Source of the DNA: an uncultured Verrucomicrobiae bacterium
Lineage (GTDB): Bacteria; Verrucomicrobiota; Verrucomicrobiia; Limisphaerales; JAFGQR01
NCBI GenBank assembly: GCA_963788655.1
Contig: CAWBHS010000078.1
Span: 1-64,000 of the forward strand
Direction of reading: 5' to 3'
Length of the DNA: 64,000 bases
The notes under the pieces were generated by a model. The model ran no database searches and had not been told where the DNA came from. It saw nothing but the letters and a program-made list of their open reading frames with translations. Shown piece by piece: positions 33,523 through 43,897 of this stretch (positions are counted from its first letter, which is position 1; the number at the start of each line of letters is the position of its first letter). The position numbers and the translations under genes were made by a program.

Positions 33523-33694
33523 GGTAGGGCAAGACTCCGTCGAGCCCTGAATTCTCCGGAGGGCATTCGCAAATCCAAGACCGACCAATGGGAAATTGTC
33601 GGTGTTCGATACCCCAAAGGCTTTCCGCGGTTTCAGCTCAATGTGTTCGAAGACGATGCGGGAAAGTCAGGGCTTGACGGAGTCTCGCCCTACC
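33523..33694. repeat. 172-bp REP-doublet element
   Basis: GGTAGGGCAAGACTCCGTCGAGCCCTGA ... TCAGGGCTTGACGGAGTCTCGCCCTACC; homologue at 47489. Confidence 0.85.
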
Positions 33695-33803
33695 TGCTTG
33701 GTCGTTCGCAACTGTGACCTTCCGAATGCGCGGAAATCGCCGCTGTTACGCGAATCGTTATTGCTTTCTCGGCGAAAACCCAGATGCTCACGGCTTGATT
33801 CTC

Positions 33804-35303
33804 ATGAACGCAAAATTCAATAAGACCGCTCTTAGTATTCTCGGACTGGCCGTCATTTCCCTGGCTGCCGCTCAAGCACAAGCCCAACCCCAACCCGATG
33901 CCAACGGTTGGTATTCATTGTTCGACGGTCGCAGTCTTCTGGGCTGGACTGCCAGTGAACATCCGGAGTCATTCAAGGTGGTTGATGGCCGGATTGCCGG
34001 GGGCGGGCCTCGGGCGCATTTGTTTTACACCGGCGACGTGAATCGAGGCGACTTCAAGAACTTCGAGTTCACGGCTGACGTGCTCTCCCGGCCCGGCGCT
34101 AATTCGGGCATCTACTTCCACACTACGTTCCAGCCCGATGGATTTCCTCGCCAGGGATTCGAGGTTCAAATCTGCAATACGTATAAAGGCAGCGGTAATT
34201 ATCGCGAACTCAAGAAGACCGGCAGTCTTTACGGCATCCGCAACCAATACAAAACCCTGGTCAAGGACGACGAATGGTTCAACGTCCGGTTCGCGGTGCG
34301 CGGCAAGCGGGTGCAGGTGTGGATCAACAACGTTATGACTGTGGATTGGGTCGAACCGGAATCGCCGATTGTCGAGGGGCTGCGGAACCGGCGTTTGTCG
34401 CACGGCACGTTTGCGCTCCAATGTCATGATCCGGGCAGCCAGGTCTGCTTCAAGAATCTCAAGGTCAAACCGTTGCCGGACGACCTGCCGACCGAAGCCC
34501 AGCCGCCCAAAGTGGATGATGTTTACCGCCAGATTCTCGCGTTGAACCGCAGCAACTTTCCAATCATCGATTTTCACAGTCATTTGAAGGGCGGCCTGAC
34601 GATTGACGAGTTGCTGGCTCACTCGCGCGAAACCGGCATTTATTATGGCGTCGCTCCGAACTGCGGCGTCGGCTTCAGCATTACCAACGATGCGGGCATT
34701 GAGGCGTTCCTCAAGACCATGCAGGGCCAACCGGTTTTTCTGGGGATGCAGGCTGAGGGCCGCGAATGGGTCCACATGTTTTCGCCGGCGGCGGTGGCCA
34801 AATTCGATTACGTGTTCACCGATTCGATGACCTGGACCGATCAGCGCGGCAAGCGCATGCGGCTGTGGATGAAGGACGAAGTGGATGTTCCGGATAAACA
34901 AGCCTTCATGGACACGCTCGTCGAGAAAACCGTCGGTATCCTGGAGAACGAGCCGATTGACATTTATGTGAACCCCACGTTTCTGCCCGAGGTGATTGCC
35001 AAGGAATACGATACGTTGTGGACCGAAGAGCGCATGCGGAAGGTCATCACCGCCGCCGTCAAGAACGGCGTGGCCATTGAGATCAATTCGCGTTTCCAGT
35101 TGCCCAGCCCGACCTTCATCAAACTGGGCAAGAAAATGGGCGCCAAGTTCTCGTTGGGCACCAACAACGGTGACCGCGACCTGGGCCGTCTCGAACACAG
35201 CCTGCAAATGATCCGCGAATGCGGCCTGACTGCCAACGACATGTTCCTGCCCAAACCAGCCGACCAGAAGCCCGTGTTGGTGAAGGGATTTAAAAAGCAG
35301 TGA
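33804..35303 (+). CDS. Secreted DUF1080 domain plus PHP-like domain protein
   Basis: LFDG..L.GW, NSGIYF, GFEVQI, ALQCHD; then DFHSHLKG and AIEINS. Confidence 0.8.
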   Translation: MNAKFNKTALSILGLAVISLAAAQAQAQPQPDANGWYSLFDGRSLLGWTASEHPESFKVVDGRIAGGGPRAHLFYTGDVNRGDFKNFEFTADVLSRPGANSGIYFHTTFQPDGFPRQGFEVQICNTYKGSGNYRELKKTGSLYGIRNQYKTLVKDDEWFNVRFAVRGKRVQVWINNVMTVDWVEPESPIVEGLRNRRLSHGTFALQCHDPGSQVCFKNLKVKPLPDDLPTEAQPPKVDDVYRQILALNRSNFPIIDFHSHLKGGLTIDELLAHSRETGIYYGVAPNCGVGFSITNDAGIEAFLKTMQGQPVFLGMQAEGREWVHMFSPAAVAKFDYVFTDSMTWTDQRGKRMRLWMKDEVDVPDKQAFMDTLVEKTVGILENEPIDIYVNPTFLPEVIAKEYDTLWTEERMRKVITAAVKNGVAIEINSRFQLPSPTFIKLGKKMGAKFSLGTNNGDRDLGRLEHSLQMIRECGLTANDMFLPKPADQKPVLVKGFKKQ

Positions 35304-35308
35304 AGGGC

Positions 35309-35475
35309 ATGGCAAGGACCAATGGCCAAATCCCAATGACCAGAGAATGAGGAAATCCCAATGACCAGTTGCGTGTCGGCAGGGTGTTGAGATTTGGACT
35401 TGGGCTTGGGTTTTTGGGCATTCCGTGGTGCTTGGACATTGGACATTGGACATTGGACATTGGTCCCTGGACATT
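35309..35475. repeat. Heptamer-unit inverted-repeat element
   Basis: CCAATGACCAGAGAATG arm; (TTGGACA)x4 arm. Confidence 0.8.
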
Positions 35476-35537
35476 CTTCAAACCTAACGCCCCAGTTTTT
35501 GATTGGGGCCACAAGGTTTTTGCGGCTTAATCGCCGC

Positions 35538-36422
35538 ATGCATTGGCAGAAAGTCACGCTGGTTGGCGTCGGATTGCTGGGAGGCTCGCTGGGCCTGGCC
35601 CTCAAGCAACGCGGTCTGGCGCGTACGGTGGCCGGTTACGTCCGCCGCGAAGCCAGTGTTGCGGAATGCCTGCAAAAAGGCGTCGCTGACGACGTCGGCT
35701 TGGATTTGCTGCGGGCGGCTGCGGACGCGGATCTCGTCGTCCTCTGCACGCCGATCGCGCAAATGCACAGCCTGACCGAACGTCTGCTGCCCGCGCTCAA
35801 AGCGGGCGCAATCATTACCGACGTGGGTAGCGTGAAAGGCAGTGTGGTGCGCGCGCTCGAAGCGCCGGTGGCCGGCGCCGGTGGCCACTTCATCGGCAGC
35901 CATCCAATGGCGGGCGCGGAAAAAATGGGCGTCAACGCCGCGCGAGCGGATTTATTCGAAGGCGCCGCGTGTGTGGTGACGCCTACGGCCCAATCGCGCC
36001 CCGACTGCGTTCGCCGGCTGACGGAATTCTGGCGAAGTGTCGGCGCGGCACCCTTGGAAATGAGCCCCGAACGCCACGATGAATTGGTCAGCCGATCCAG
36101 TCACTTGCCCCATTTTGTGGCGGCGGCGCTGGCCAATTATGTGTTGGACGCGGCGAGCGCGAAGGAACAGTCCCTTTTGTGCGCCACCGGATTTCGCGAC
36201 ACCACGCGCATTGCCTCCGGCTCGCCGGAAATGTGGCGGGACATCGCGCAGGCCAACGCGCATAATCTGTCCCGCGCTTTGGACGATTTCATCAAGCAAT
36301 TGCAGCGGCTGCGCGAAACGTTGGGCAATGGTAACAGTAACGATGTGATTAAGTTCCTGGAAGACGCCAAAACACGTCGCGACGCCTGGTGCAAACAAAC
36401 GACCTCGCGCTCTTCCGAATGA
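35538..36422 (+). CDS. tyrA: Prephenate/arogenate dehydrogenase
   Basis: GVGLLGGS, TDVGSVK, HPMAG, SHLPH, RIASGSPEMWRDI. Confidence 0.92.
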   Translation: MHWQKVTLVGVGLLGGSLGLALKQRGLARTVAGYVRREASVAECLQKGVADDVGLDLLRAAADADLVVLCTPIAQMHSLTERLLPALKAGAIITDVGSVKGSVVRALEAPVAGAGGHFIGSHPMAGAEKMGVNAARADLFEGAACVVTPTAQSRPDCVRRLTEFWRSVGAAPLEMSPERHDELVSRSSHLPHFVAAALANYVLDAASAKEQSLLCATGFRDTTRIASGSPEMWRDIAQANAHNLSRALDDFIKQLQRLRETLGNGNSNDVIKFLEDAKTRRDAWCKQTTSRSSE

Positions 36423-36444
36423 ATGCGGCTCACTGACTATTGTC

Positions 36445-37728
36445 ATGCCCCTGCCTGACGTAATTGAAATCGTTCCCATGGCCTCGCCCGTGAACGCGGT
36501 GGTCACCGTGCCGGGTTCGAAGGGCCTCACCCACCGTGCGCTCGTGCTGGCCGCGTTGGGGGAGGGCGAAACCATCCTGGGCGGTGCGTTGTGGAGCGAA
36601 GACACGCAGGTCATGGTGGATTGCTTACGAACGCTGGGTTTCATGATCAACGTGGTGCCGGCCCCCGAAGAGCCGGGCAACCGGATCATCACTGTTTATG
36701 GCCGGGGCGGCAACGTGGGTTCGGGCGGTACGCTTGATAATCCGCTGGAATTGGACGTCGGCAACGCCGGCTCGGCGGCGCGCTTTTTGACCGCGATGGT
36801 TTGTCTGGGGCAGGGTGTCTATCGGTTGCAGGGCGGGCCTCGGATGCACGAGCGCCCTCAGGAGGCGCTCTTTGATGCCCTGCGCGAACTGGGCTATTGC
36901 ATCGACTCCGTCAACAGCCGGTTGCCCGCCGATGTGCATGGTGGCGGTTCGCGTGACGGCGCCTGTTGCGTCAGCATTGAAGCAAGCTCCCAATTTGCGT
37001 CCGCCTTGCTGCTGTGCGGGCTCACGGGCGGTTGGCACGTCAATATTGTCGGCGCCAATCCCGAGGAATTAACCGACGTACGAATGACCAGTCAACTGCT
37101 GCGAGCGTTTCCTCGTTTTGGCGGCAGCTTTGCGGTTGAGCCGGATGCGTCCAATGGTAGCTATTTCTGGGCGGCCAACGCGCTGCAGCCGTCCGTGGCG
37201 GAAGCCCCGCGGCACATCCGCGTGGCTGACTGGCCGCAGTCCGGCTGGCAGCTTGACGCGCGCTTCCCGGACTGCCTGCCGCTGCCCAAAGAATTGTCGC
37301 GGCAAACCGATTTGGGCGACAGCATTATGACGGCGATGATCCTGGCGCCGTTTGCCGCGCATCCGGTTCGCTTCAATGATTTGGGACGCCTGCGAGTGCA
37401 GGAGTGCGAACGGGTCAAAGCCATGCGTGCCGAGTTGGTGAAGTGCGGTGCCAGCGTTCACGAGAGCGGCGACACCCTGGAGATTCGCCCGTCCAAATTG
37501 CGCGGCGCCCAAATTAAGTCGCACGATGACCACCGCGTGGCGATGTGTTTTTCGATTCTGGGATTGAAAGTTCCCGGCTTGAAAATCAAGAATCCCGCGT
37601 GCGTCAAAACGACGTTTCCCAATTTCTATCAGAAACTCGCTGCGCCCCCGCCGGATGGTTTGGGGGTAACTCTATTGGAACCTGCCACCAACAAGCCTCT
37701 GGCGGCCGCCGAACTCATGGCCGAATGA
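36445..37728 (+). CDS. aroA: EPSP synthase
   Basis: VPGSK, GNAGSAARF, SSQFASALL, DDHRVAM, KTTFP. Confidence 0.92.
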   Translation: MPLPDVIEIVPMASPVNAVVTVPGSKGLTHRALVLAALGEGETILGGALWSEDTQVMVDCLRTLGFMINVVPAPEEPGNRIITVYGRGGNVGSGGTLDNPLELDVGNAGSAARFLTAMVCLGQGVYRLQGGPRMHERPQEALFDALRELGYCIDSVNSRLPADVHGGGSRDGACCVSIEASSQFASALLLCGLTGGWHVNIVGANPEELTDVRMTSQLLRAFPRFGGSFAVEPDASNGSYFWAANALQPSVAEAPRHIRVADWPQSGWQLDARFPDCLPLPKELSRQTDLGDSIMTAMILAPFAAHPVRFNDLGRLRVQECERVKAMRAELVKCGASVHESGDTLEIRPSKLRGAQIKSHDDHRVAMCFSILGLKVPGLKIKNPACVKTTFPNFYQKLAAPPPDGLGVTLLEPATNKPLAAAELMAE

Positions 37729-37750
37729 CCGCCACGTTCTTTTCTCGCTC

Positions 37751-38458
37751 ATGCCCAAAACCAAACGTCCCAATGTAATTGCCATCGATGGCACGAGCGC
37801 CAGTGGCAAGAGCACCAACGCCAAACTGGTCGCCCAGGCCCTCGGCTACGTTTATGTCGATACCGGCGCCATGTATCGAACGCTGGCCTGGTATTGCCTG
37901 AAAAAGAGCGTCGATATTCATAACGCCAGGTCCGTGGCCAATCTGTGTCGCCGCTGGAAAACGAAGCTCGTTTGTGTGGACGGCGAGTTCCAGCAGGCGC
38001 GGCTCCTGGTTGATGATTACTACCCGGAAAAGGAGATCCGCACGGCCGAAACCAGCGCGGTCGTTCCCCACGTGGCGGCGGTGCCGGCGGTGCGCAAATG
38101 GATGAAGAACAAACAGCGCGAGTGCATCCAGTTCGGTAACCTGGTGATGGAGGGGCGCGACATTGGCACGAACGTATTCCCGGAAACTGACTTCAAGTTT
38201 TATCTCGACGCCTCACTGGATGAGCGCTCGCGCCGCCGGGAAGCGGAGGGTGTCCGCGAGAATCTCGCCGCGCGTGATCAGCGCGACAGCCAGCGGGCCG
38301 CGGCGCCGTTGATGATTCCGTTGGGAGCAATGGTGATCAACAATTCGGGCCAGACCGCCCCACAAACCAGCCGGCAAATCATCGACGAAATTCGGCGGCG
38401 GCTCAAGGAACGCGAAGACCGTGAGTTGCTGGCCGGAGCCAAACCCCGCTGGGATTGA
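37751..38458 (+). CDS. cmk: Cytidylate kinase
   Basis: IAIDGTSASGKST, DTGAMYR, EGRDIGT. Confidence 0.95.
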   Translation: MPKTKRPNVIAIDGTSASGKSTNAKLVAQALGYVYVDTGAMYRTLAWYCLKKSVDIHNARSVANLCRRWKTKLVCVDGEFQQARLLVDDYYPEKEIRTAETSAVVPHVAAVPAVRKWMKNKQRECIQFGNLVMEGRDIGTNVFPETDFKFYLDASLDERSRRREAEGVRENLAARDQRDSQRAAAPLMIPLGAMVINNSGQTAPQTSRQIIDEIRRRLKEREDRELLAGAKPRWD

Positions 38459-38468
38459 CCGTAGCCCC

Positions 38469-39164
38469 ATGGCGAACTCCCAGGCCACGCGTCGGCCACC
38501 CCTCGGCCCGATGAACTTCAGCTACCGGCTGGGGTATCATGCCTTCCGGACACTCTACGCCACGTGGTTTCATTGGCGCGTGTTCAATCCGGAACGTGTG
38601 CCCGCCAGCGGCCCGGTGATCCTCGCGTCCAACCACGCCAGCTTTCTCGATCCGCCGCTGATCGGCTCCGGCATTCGGCGCATGGTCAATTACCTCGCGC
38701 GCGACACGCTGTTCGACGTGCCGGTGGTGGGCGCCTTGTTGCGCAGTTGGCGGGTGGTGCCGGTGGACCGCGAGGGCGGCGGCGCGGCCGGATTAAAAGG
38801 GATCATGGACCGCCTGCGCCACGGCGGGATCATTTTGCTGTTTCCCGAAGGCACCCGCACGCGGGATGGCCAATTGCGGGCCGCCAAATCCGGCGTCGGC
38901 CTGGTGGTCATTAAATCCGCCGCGCCGGTGGTGCCGGTGCGGGTGTTCGGCACCTACGAAGCTTACGGACGGCATCGGCACTGGCCCCGGCCCCGGCGGG
39001 TGGCGGTGAAATATGGTGTGCCGCTCGATTTCAAAATGTGGCGCGCCGAAGCGCAAACCTGTTCGAAAACGCGCCTCAAAGAGATTTACCAGGAAGTGTC
39101 CGACCAGATCATGGCCGCCATTGCGAAGCTGGAACCGTGCAAAGATGTGCGGACGTTTCCTTGA
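38469..39164 (+). CDS. plsC: 1-acyl-sn-glycerol-3-phosphate acyltransferase
   Basis: NHASFLD, FPEGTR. Confidence 0.92.
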   Translation: MANSQATRRPPLGPMNFSYRLGYHAFRTLYATWFHWRVFNPERVPASGPVILASNHASFLDPPLIGSGIRRMVNYLARDTLFDVPVVGALLRSWRVVPVDREGGGAAGLKGIMDRLRHGGIILLFPEGTRTRDGQLRAAKSGVGLVVIKSAAPVVPVRVFGTYEAYGRHRHWPRPRRVAVKYGVPLDFKMWRAEAQTCSKTRLKEIYQEVSDQIMAAIAKLEPCKDVRTFP

Positions 39165-39288
39165 GGGGAAGACGCGCCCCAATCCGGCAGAGACTCTGAC
39201 TTTCTTGGTTGGTCAGCGTGCCTTGGCTGGCTTGCTGGACGAGGCATCCTGCCCGGCCCACACCCGGTCGCAACTCGTTTGATACGAT

Positions 39289-39777
39289 TCAGGTTTGAGC
39301 GGCTTCGTCAGGGGATTTGCCCAAGCCAGCCCAAAGGCGTTTGAAGCTTGGTTCGTCCAGCGCCGCTGATTTGATGGCGTCGGCATCACCCAATTCGATG
39401 GCGCGATCCAACCAGTTCCAGGCTCCCGCCACGTCGCCCGATTCACCGGCATAGCAGGCCAGATTGTAAGCAATGCGCCAATCCTGAGGGAACCGTTTGG
39501 CGGCGGGCAGCAGCCCCAGCCAGGCTTCCCGGATGCGGCCCATCTGGTGCCACGCAAAGGAACGGTAGATCCAGCCGATTGGCTCCTGAGGCAGCGCGGC
39601 GATCAGGGCTTGGGCGGTGGAACAGGCCGAGGGCCATTGGCGATTGCGCACATTGATTTCCCAATGCACAAGGAGCACATGGGGATGAAAGGCCGGAGGC
39701 AACGCCGTCTTGCCGGGAACTTCGGTTTCTTCCGGCGCCGAATTGAGTTTGGATACATCGTCTGAGTTTGTTTCCAT
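39289..39777 (-). CDS. TPR-like protein
   Basis: YNLACY...A..WL..AI...IK..ALDEP. Confidence 0.7.
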   Translation of the reverse strand: METNSDDVSKLNSAPEETEVPGKTALPPAFHPHVLLVHWEINVRNRQWPSACSTAQALIAALPQEPIGWIYRSFAWHQMGRIREAWLGLLPAAKRFPQDWRIAYNLACYAGESGDVAGAWNWLDRAIELGDADAIKSAALDEPSFKRLWAGLGKSPDEAAQT

Positions 39778-40029
39778 AGCTGAATTATGCTGGAACGTTC
39801 GCTCACTTCTTGGCCCTTGTCTGTGGCGGAAATTACCTTTGCCCGTCTCCGTAATCTTACGAAGGCTGCCAGGGGGAAATTGTAATCTCATCGCGCCATC
39901 TTTGGCGAAAACAGCGCGTGGGGTGGGAAGCCGCTCGTTGCGCAGGGCGCAATGAATTGCTGTGCCGGGTGCTTTACTGATGAGAGCTTGGGATGGACGA
40001 CGCATGGTGACATTCAATCGGCTCGTTCT

Positions 40030-40162
40030 CCCTCACCCTAACCCTCTCCCCAAGGAGAGGGAACCGATGGAGGTGCCGCTACGGAAACCAAGGGACATCG
40101 TGTTTTCAGAAGACCGGTCATCGATTCTCCCTCTCCCGGGGGGAGAGGGCCGGGGTGAGGGG
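40030..40162. repeat. CCCTCTCC-type palindromic doublet
   Basis: CCCTCACCCTAACCCTCTCCCCAAGGAGAGGG ... CCCTCTCCCGGGGGGAGAGGGCCGGGGTGAGGG. Confidence 0.8.
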
Positions 40163-40327
40163 GAAACAAAACCATCGGTTAATCCAAAGTGTATTCCATC
40201 CAGTCAACTGCTCAGTAACCGTTCATGTTTGGTCGGTTGAAAGTTCCAGATGCGCGGCACTCACCATGCCTCGCGCAAACTGACTGCGCAAACACCGGTT
40301 GCCTTCCAACGATTATCGGCGTTGCGG

Positions 40328-41537
40328 TCATTTGGAGAGGCTTGTTGAAGCAGCGGGGGAGTTTGTGGTTCGTCGCCAGGCGGCAAACTTGATCGTAAAC
40401 GGCGGCTCAGAACCGGTGGTATAGACCACGGAATGTTGTATCATCGCGGAGGAAGTGACGAGCGCGTTGAGGTTGATGCCGAGCTGGGGATTGGCGAGCC
40501 GGTCGCCCGACTCGTCCAGCCATGGCCAGGGCGCGGACCATTGCCCATCGATCATTTCCCGGCAGGTTACGACGTGCTTGGCGGTGTCGAGCCACGTCAC
40601 GATCAGACTGTTGGGGCCGGTCACGGTTATCGCGGTGTGCCCGCTGCCGGAGCCGGTCAGCTTGAACTCCGCGCCCCAGCCGGTTTGGGAGTCGCGCTTC
40701 CGGTAGCGAATGGTTCCGCCGCCGAAGACCAGGTGAACGTCATCGCCATCGGCCGCCAAGCTGTAGAGGCCATAGCCGGAGTGCGAATGGGTGACCGCCT
40801 CCTCCGCGTCCCAGGACTGCCCGTTCCACTCCCGGCCATAGTAGCCGTCGTCCAGCAGGTTCCGGTTGTAAACCCAGAACGTTTTGCCGTTCGTCAGTGG
40901 CACGCCGACCGGGTCCGGGTAGGCGGTCGTGTTGTCATCAACCAGAATACAGGGAAAGCCCGGAGCAGTCTGCCACGCCCCGTTGCTTTGGACGGATTTG
41001 GTGACGACGGCATCGTAGGGTGCCTGGTTGAATCCGCCATCATAAACCATGAAGGCGATCCACGGCACACCGGAAGAACCCACGATCAGCTTCGGATACA
41101 TCACATTCTTGCCCTTGGGCACCTTGTAGGCGGTCTGTTCCTCCGTTGCCCAGGTGATGGTCCCGTCCCGTTGCGGAGTGCCGCTTCGGTAAACCACGTC
41201 CTCGCCTTCACTGGCGGCGCAATGCGCGTAATGAATCCGGGTGCCATCAGTACCAGCAGCCGAACCGGTGCCCCAGAGAAGCACCCTTCCGCACGAGCAG
41301 CGGCTCGCTCCAGCGGACGCCATCCGCACTCGTCCGGCACACCGCGTCGCGACCATCCGAGTAAAAGACCCAGAACAATCCGGCCATGCAGAACAGCTTC
41401 CGTTGCTTGGGATAATTGACGGCCCAGCCGTTCTTGGTCGGCACGGTGCAGACTTTGGATTGGATGACCTCCACTTCCGAACGCACGGGCCCGCACCCCC
41501 AAGCGAGCACACAAAGAATGGCAGCCGCACGCATCAT
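40328..41537 (-). CDS. Secreted beta-propeller/BNR-like protein (distal cassette); frameshift near 41250
   Basis: Signal peptide; RTSADGVRWS Asp-box-like motif; directly follows an attC-like site. Confidence 0.6.
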
Positions 41538-41563
41538 TGGGGGGGACACGCGGCTTTCTTTCC

Positions 41564-41658
41564 GCCCAACGAGATCACCGATAACGGCCCTCTCTAAAAA
41601 CCTTCAAACTGCTGTCTGGCGTGGCTGAACTGTTATTCGGTGAATCGCATTTCTTCGC
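41564..41658 (-). other. attC-like site (degenerate R'')
   Basis: ATTCACCGAATAAC...GTTATCGGTGAT stem ending GTTGGGC. Confidence 0.55.
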
Positions 41659-41666
41659 TTCGGTGG

Positions 41667-41963
41667 TCATGGCGAAAACCTTTTGAGTCCTAAATTCGGA
41701 GTACGGCGGTCATGACGGAGCACCCACCCCCGTATGCACTTCGCCTGAATGTCGTAAAGGAAATGATAGGGGAACCGGTCAAGATTACAGCGACGATGCC
41801 CGCTTCGATCAAAGTGGAAATACGTTGGGTTCTCGATGGCCTTGCCAATCCCGACCTGGAACTCCGCGAAGAAGTCGTCTCCAAGCTGCGGCGATATTTG
41901 ATAATACTTTTTGAGGATTCGGTCCAAATCCACCTGAACTCGCCTGTGAAACCTAGCTTCCAC
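41667..41963 (-). CDS. RelE/ParE family toxin
   Basis: FH.....DL......Y....LG..F; RRCNLDRFPYHFLY; VLRHDRR. Confidence 0.85.
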   Translation of the reverse strand: MEARFHRRVQVDLDRILKKYYQISPQLGDDFFAEFQVGIGKAIENPTYFHFDRSGHRRCNLDRFPYHFLYDIQAKCIRGWVLRHDRRTPNLGLKRFSP

Positions 41964-42165
41964 GGTGCCTGAGTCCGGAAACCAACTCGTGAAAAGTGAT
42001 CAAAACGCTGGGATCTGCATCGGCCTCCCGTCGCCGGCTCAACACCTCCTCGTCCGACACCTCATAGACGGGTGTCTCCAGCCCATGCAACAGTTGGGAC
42101 GCGAGCGAAGCGCGCTCCTCCTCGGAGAGTTTTGCGGCTTCTGCAGAAATTTCTTGTAGCTTCAT
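41953..42165 (-). CDS. Addiction-module antitoxin (TIGR02574-like)
   Basis: EAAKLSEEERASLASQLL...EVLSRR; overlaps the toxin start. Confidence 0.85.
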   Translation of the reverse strand: MKLQEISAEAAKLSEEERASLASQLLHGLETPVYEVSDEEVLSRRREADADPSVLITFHELVSGLRHRGS

Positions 42166-42174
42166 AGCACTGAT

Positions 42175-42203
42175 ATTTTAGATGACACGCAACCCTGATG
42201 CCA
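42175..42203 (-). promoter_or_regulatory. Putative sigma70 promoter of the TA cassette
   Basis: TGGCAT-N17-TAAAAT, 9 bp before the antitoxin ATG. Confidence 0.5.
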
Positions 42204-42214
42204 CTCCGATTTTT

Positions 42215-42324
42215 GGCAAACGCAGGCCACCGACAGCCGCCGGAACAGCAAGGACGCTGACGAGGAACCCGACATCGACAAACCGAGCGGCCGGCGGCGG
42301 TTTGATGGACTGTCTTGTGTGAGC
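42215..42324 (-). other. attC-like site (degenerate)
   Basis: AACCGCCGCCGG...CCGGCGGCTGTCGGTGG..GCGTTTGCC; related to the other attCs. Confidence 0.55.
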
Positions 42325-42351
42325 TCAGCATAGGCGCCGTCCAAGAGGGGC

Positions 42352-42777
42352 TCAAGTTCCTACCCGATTGAGCGAATGACCAATGGTTTCGAGTCTTTGG
42401 CCCACTGTCAAACGCCCATCGGCCTCCATTACTGCACGTGTCTGGACGTATCCGAAGCCCGCCTGACAAATCCCAAAACGAAAAACCCGCCTCGTGGCCT
42501 CTGGAGGATCTCCATAGCCAATCTTTGGGAAGAACCAAATTGTATTGCCTTCCAGAATCACCATTAGCCCCTGAAAACACAGTAAGTCCTTCCGCTTGCC
42601 GGGAGGAATGCCGCCGCCGCATTCAGGATCTTTGGAAGCGACAGCAACAAAATGCCCCGTGTTGTTCTTGATGCACAGGCTGTGAAAGACGCAGCATCCA
42701 AATACACGGAACACCATGACCGCTACCACTGAGCAGAATACATTGCGACCCAAGGAATATGCAACGGCGTGCTTCAT
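42352..42777 (-). CDS. Cassette ORF, hypothetical (possibly exported)
   Basis: ATG 3 bp after GTTGGGC; 141 aa. Confidence 0.6.
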   Translation of the reverse strand: MKHAVAYSLGRNVFCSVVAVMVFRVFGCCVFHSLCIKNNTGHFVAVASKDPECGGGIPPGKRKDLLCFQGLMVILEGNTIWFFPKIGYGDPPEATRRVFRFGICQAGFGYVQTRAVMEADGRLTVGQRLETIGHSLNRVGT

Positions 42778-42780
42778 CGC

Positions 42781-42903
42781 GCCCAACGCCAATCACCGGC
42801 CGCCGCCGGAAGCGGGCGCTGGCAGCGAATCCAGCGTCTGGATAATTCAGCGCGACCGAATTCAAACGCAGGCCGGCGGTTCGTGTGCGTCCGTTTGTCA
42901 TCC
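42781..42903 (-). other. attC site
   Basis: GGATGAC...GTTGGGC; shares GACGCTGGATTCGCTGC with the 44723 site. Confidence 0.75.
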
Positions 42904-43380
42904 GATATGTTTGTCTAAAGGTAACCCTAGCTTGTGGGCCAGTACCTCTGCCTCTCCGTATGCGTGCTCGCAGGGATGTCCAGATGCAACCTCGAAATAA
43001 GTAATCTCCATCACTTTGCCGCTCTGGCGCCGTAAGCCAATGTAGATCATGTCGTTTTCGCGAACCCGCTCAAACCGACGATACGTAACAGCGGTAAAGC
43101 CCCCAATGGAATATCGTGTGAACCAAATGCGCAAACAGCCGAAAAGAAGGCTCTCTCTGGACACGACATGAGATTCCGTGTCAATGCGTGTCCAATGCTC
43201 GACAAACAAAGCGAATCCACAAATGAGAAATGCGTAACCGAAGATGGACCACGGCCCGGATTCCTGATGAGGCGCAACCAGAAGGGATACCACACCACAC
43301 GCAGTCGCAAAAATCCCGCCCAAGTAATGGTATGCCCGGCGATAAGGGTGCCAATGGTATGAGATGATCGCCTCGGACAT
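42898..43380 (-). CDS. Cassette ORF, 2-TM membrane protein
   Basis: Two hydrophobic helices plus a soluble domain; stop codon lies within the attC R''. Confidence 0.7.
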   Translation of the reverse strand: MSEAIISYHWHPYRRAYHYLGGIFATACGVVSLLVAPHQESGPWSIFGYAFLICGFALFVEHWTRIDTESHVVSRESLLFGCLRIWFTRYSIGGFTAVTYRRFERVRENDMIYIGLRRQSGKVMEITYFEVASGHPCEHAYGEAEVLAHKLGLPLDKHIG

Positions 43381-43395
43381 GGCGTTCAATATTTC

Positions 43396-43485
43396 GCCTA
43401 ACGCTGAACGCAGCCACGCCGGGACGATGGCGCTCGATTGAAACCCTGACGGCCTCCCGGTATTGTCTGACGTGACTGGTTCGGC
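43396..43485 (-). other. attC site
   Basis: GCCGAAC...GTTAGGC, 90 bp. Confidence 0.85.
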
Positions 43486-43507
43486 GATCTGTCCCTCAGA
43501 AGCTCAA

Positions 43508-43742
43508 TCATGGTTTCTGTCCCTTGGAATGCTCGACTCTGAGCAAGTCGTCCACTGATGGCTTGGGGCTAGGCCGCTGTCGCCTGTTGCGACACATCGC
43601 CACCAACCTGCTCGCGATCCCGCAGACCGAGAGGCACAACCATAGAATCGTTAGTGTGGTCCATCCTGACGAGGTGCCGCGCACTACAAAGTATGCCCCC
43701 ACAGGCGGCAAACATCAGTATCAGCGCGATGTTGACTCTCAT
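43508..43742 (-). CDS. Cassette ORF, small membrane protein (probable frameshift near 43700)
   Basis: ATG at 43742 is out of frame with the hydrophobic ORF 43508-43711. Confidence 0.5.
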
Positions 43743-43757
43743 GGCGCGTACGTTATT

Positions 43758-43883
43758 GCCGAACGCAAAGGATCACCGACCGCCGCGGGGAGCGCACGCT
43801 GGCTGCGAATCCAGCGTCCGAATAATCTGGCCTGTCCGAACTGAAGCACGGGGCGGCGGTTCGGGTGAATCCGATTGTTCGGC
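43758..43883 (-). other. attC site
   Basis: GCCGAAC...GTTCGGC, 126 bp. Confidence 0.85.
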
Positions 43884-43897
43884 GGCCCAATCATTGG

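Noticed and set aside
40200..40327. Terminal attC after the last cassette
   Set aside because: Only a vague GCCGATAATCG start with no convincing stem or GTT partner.
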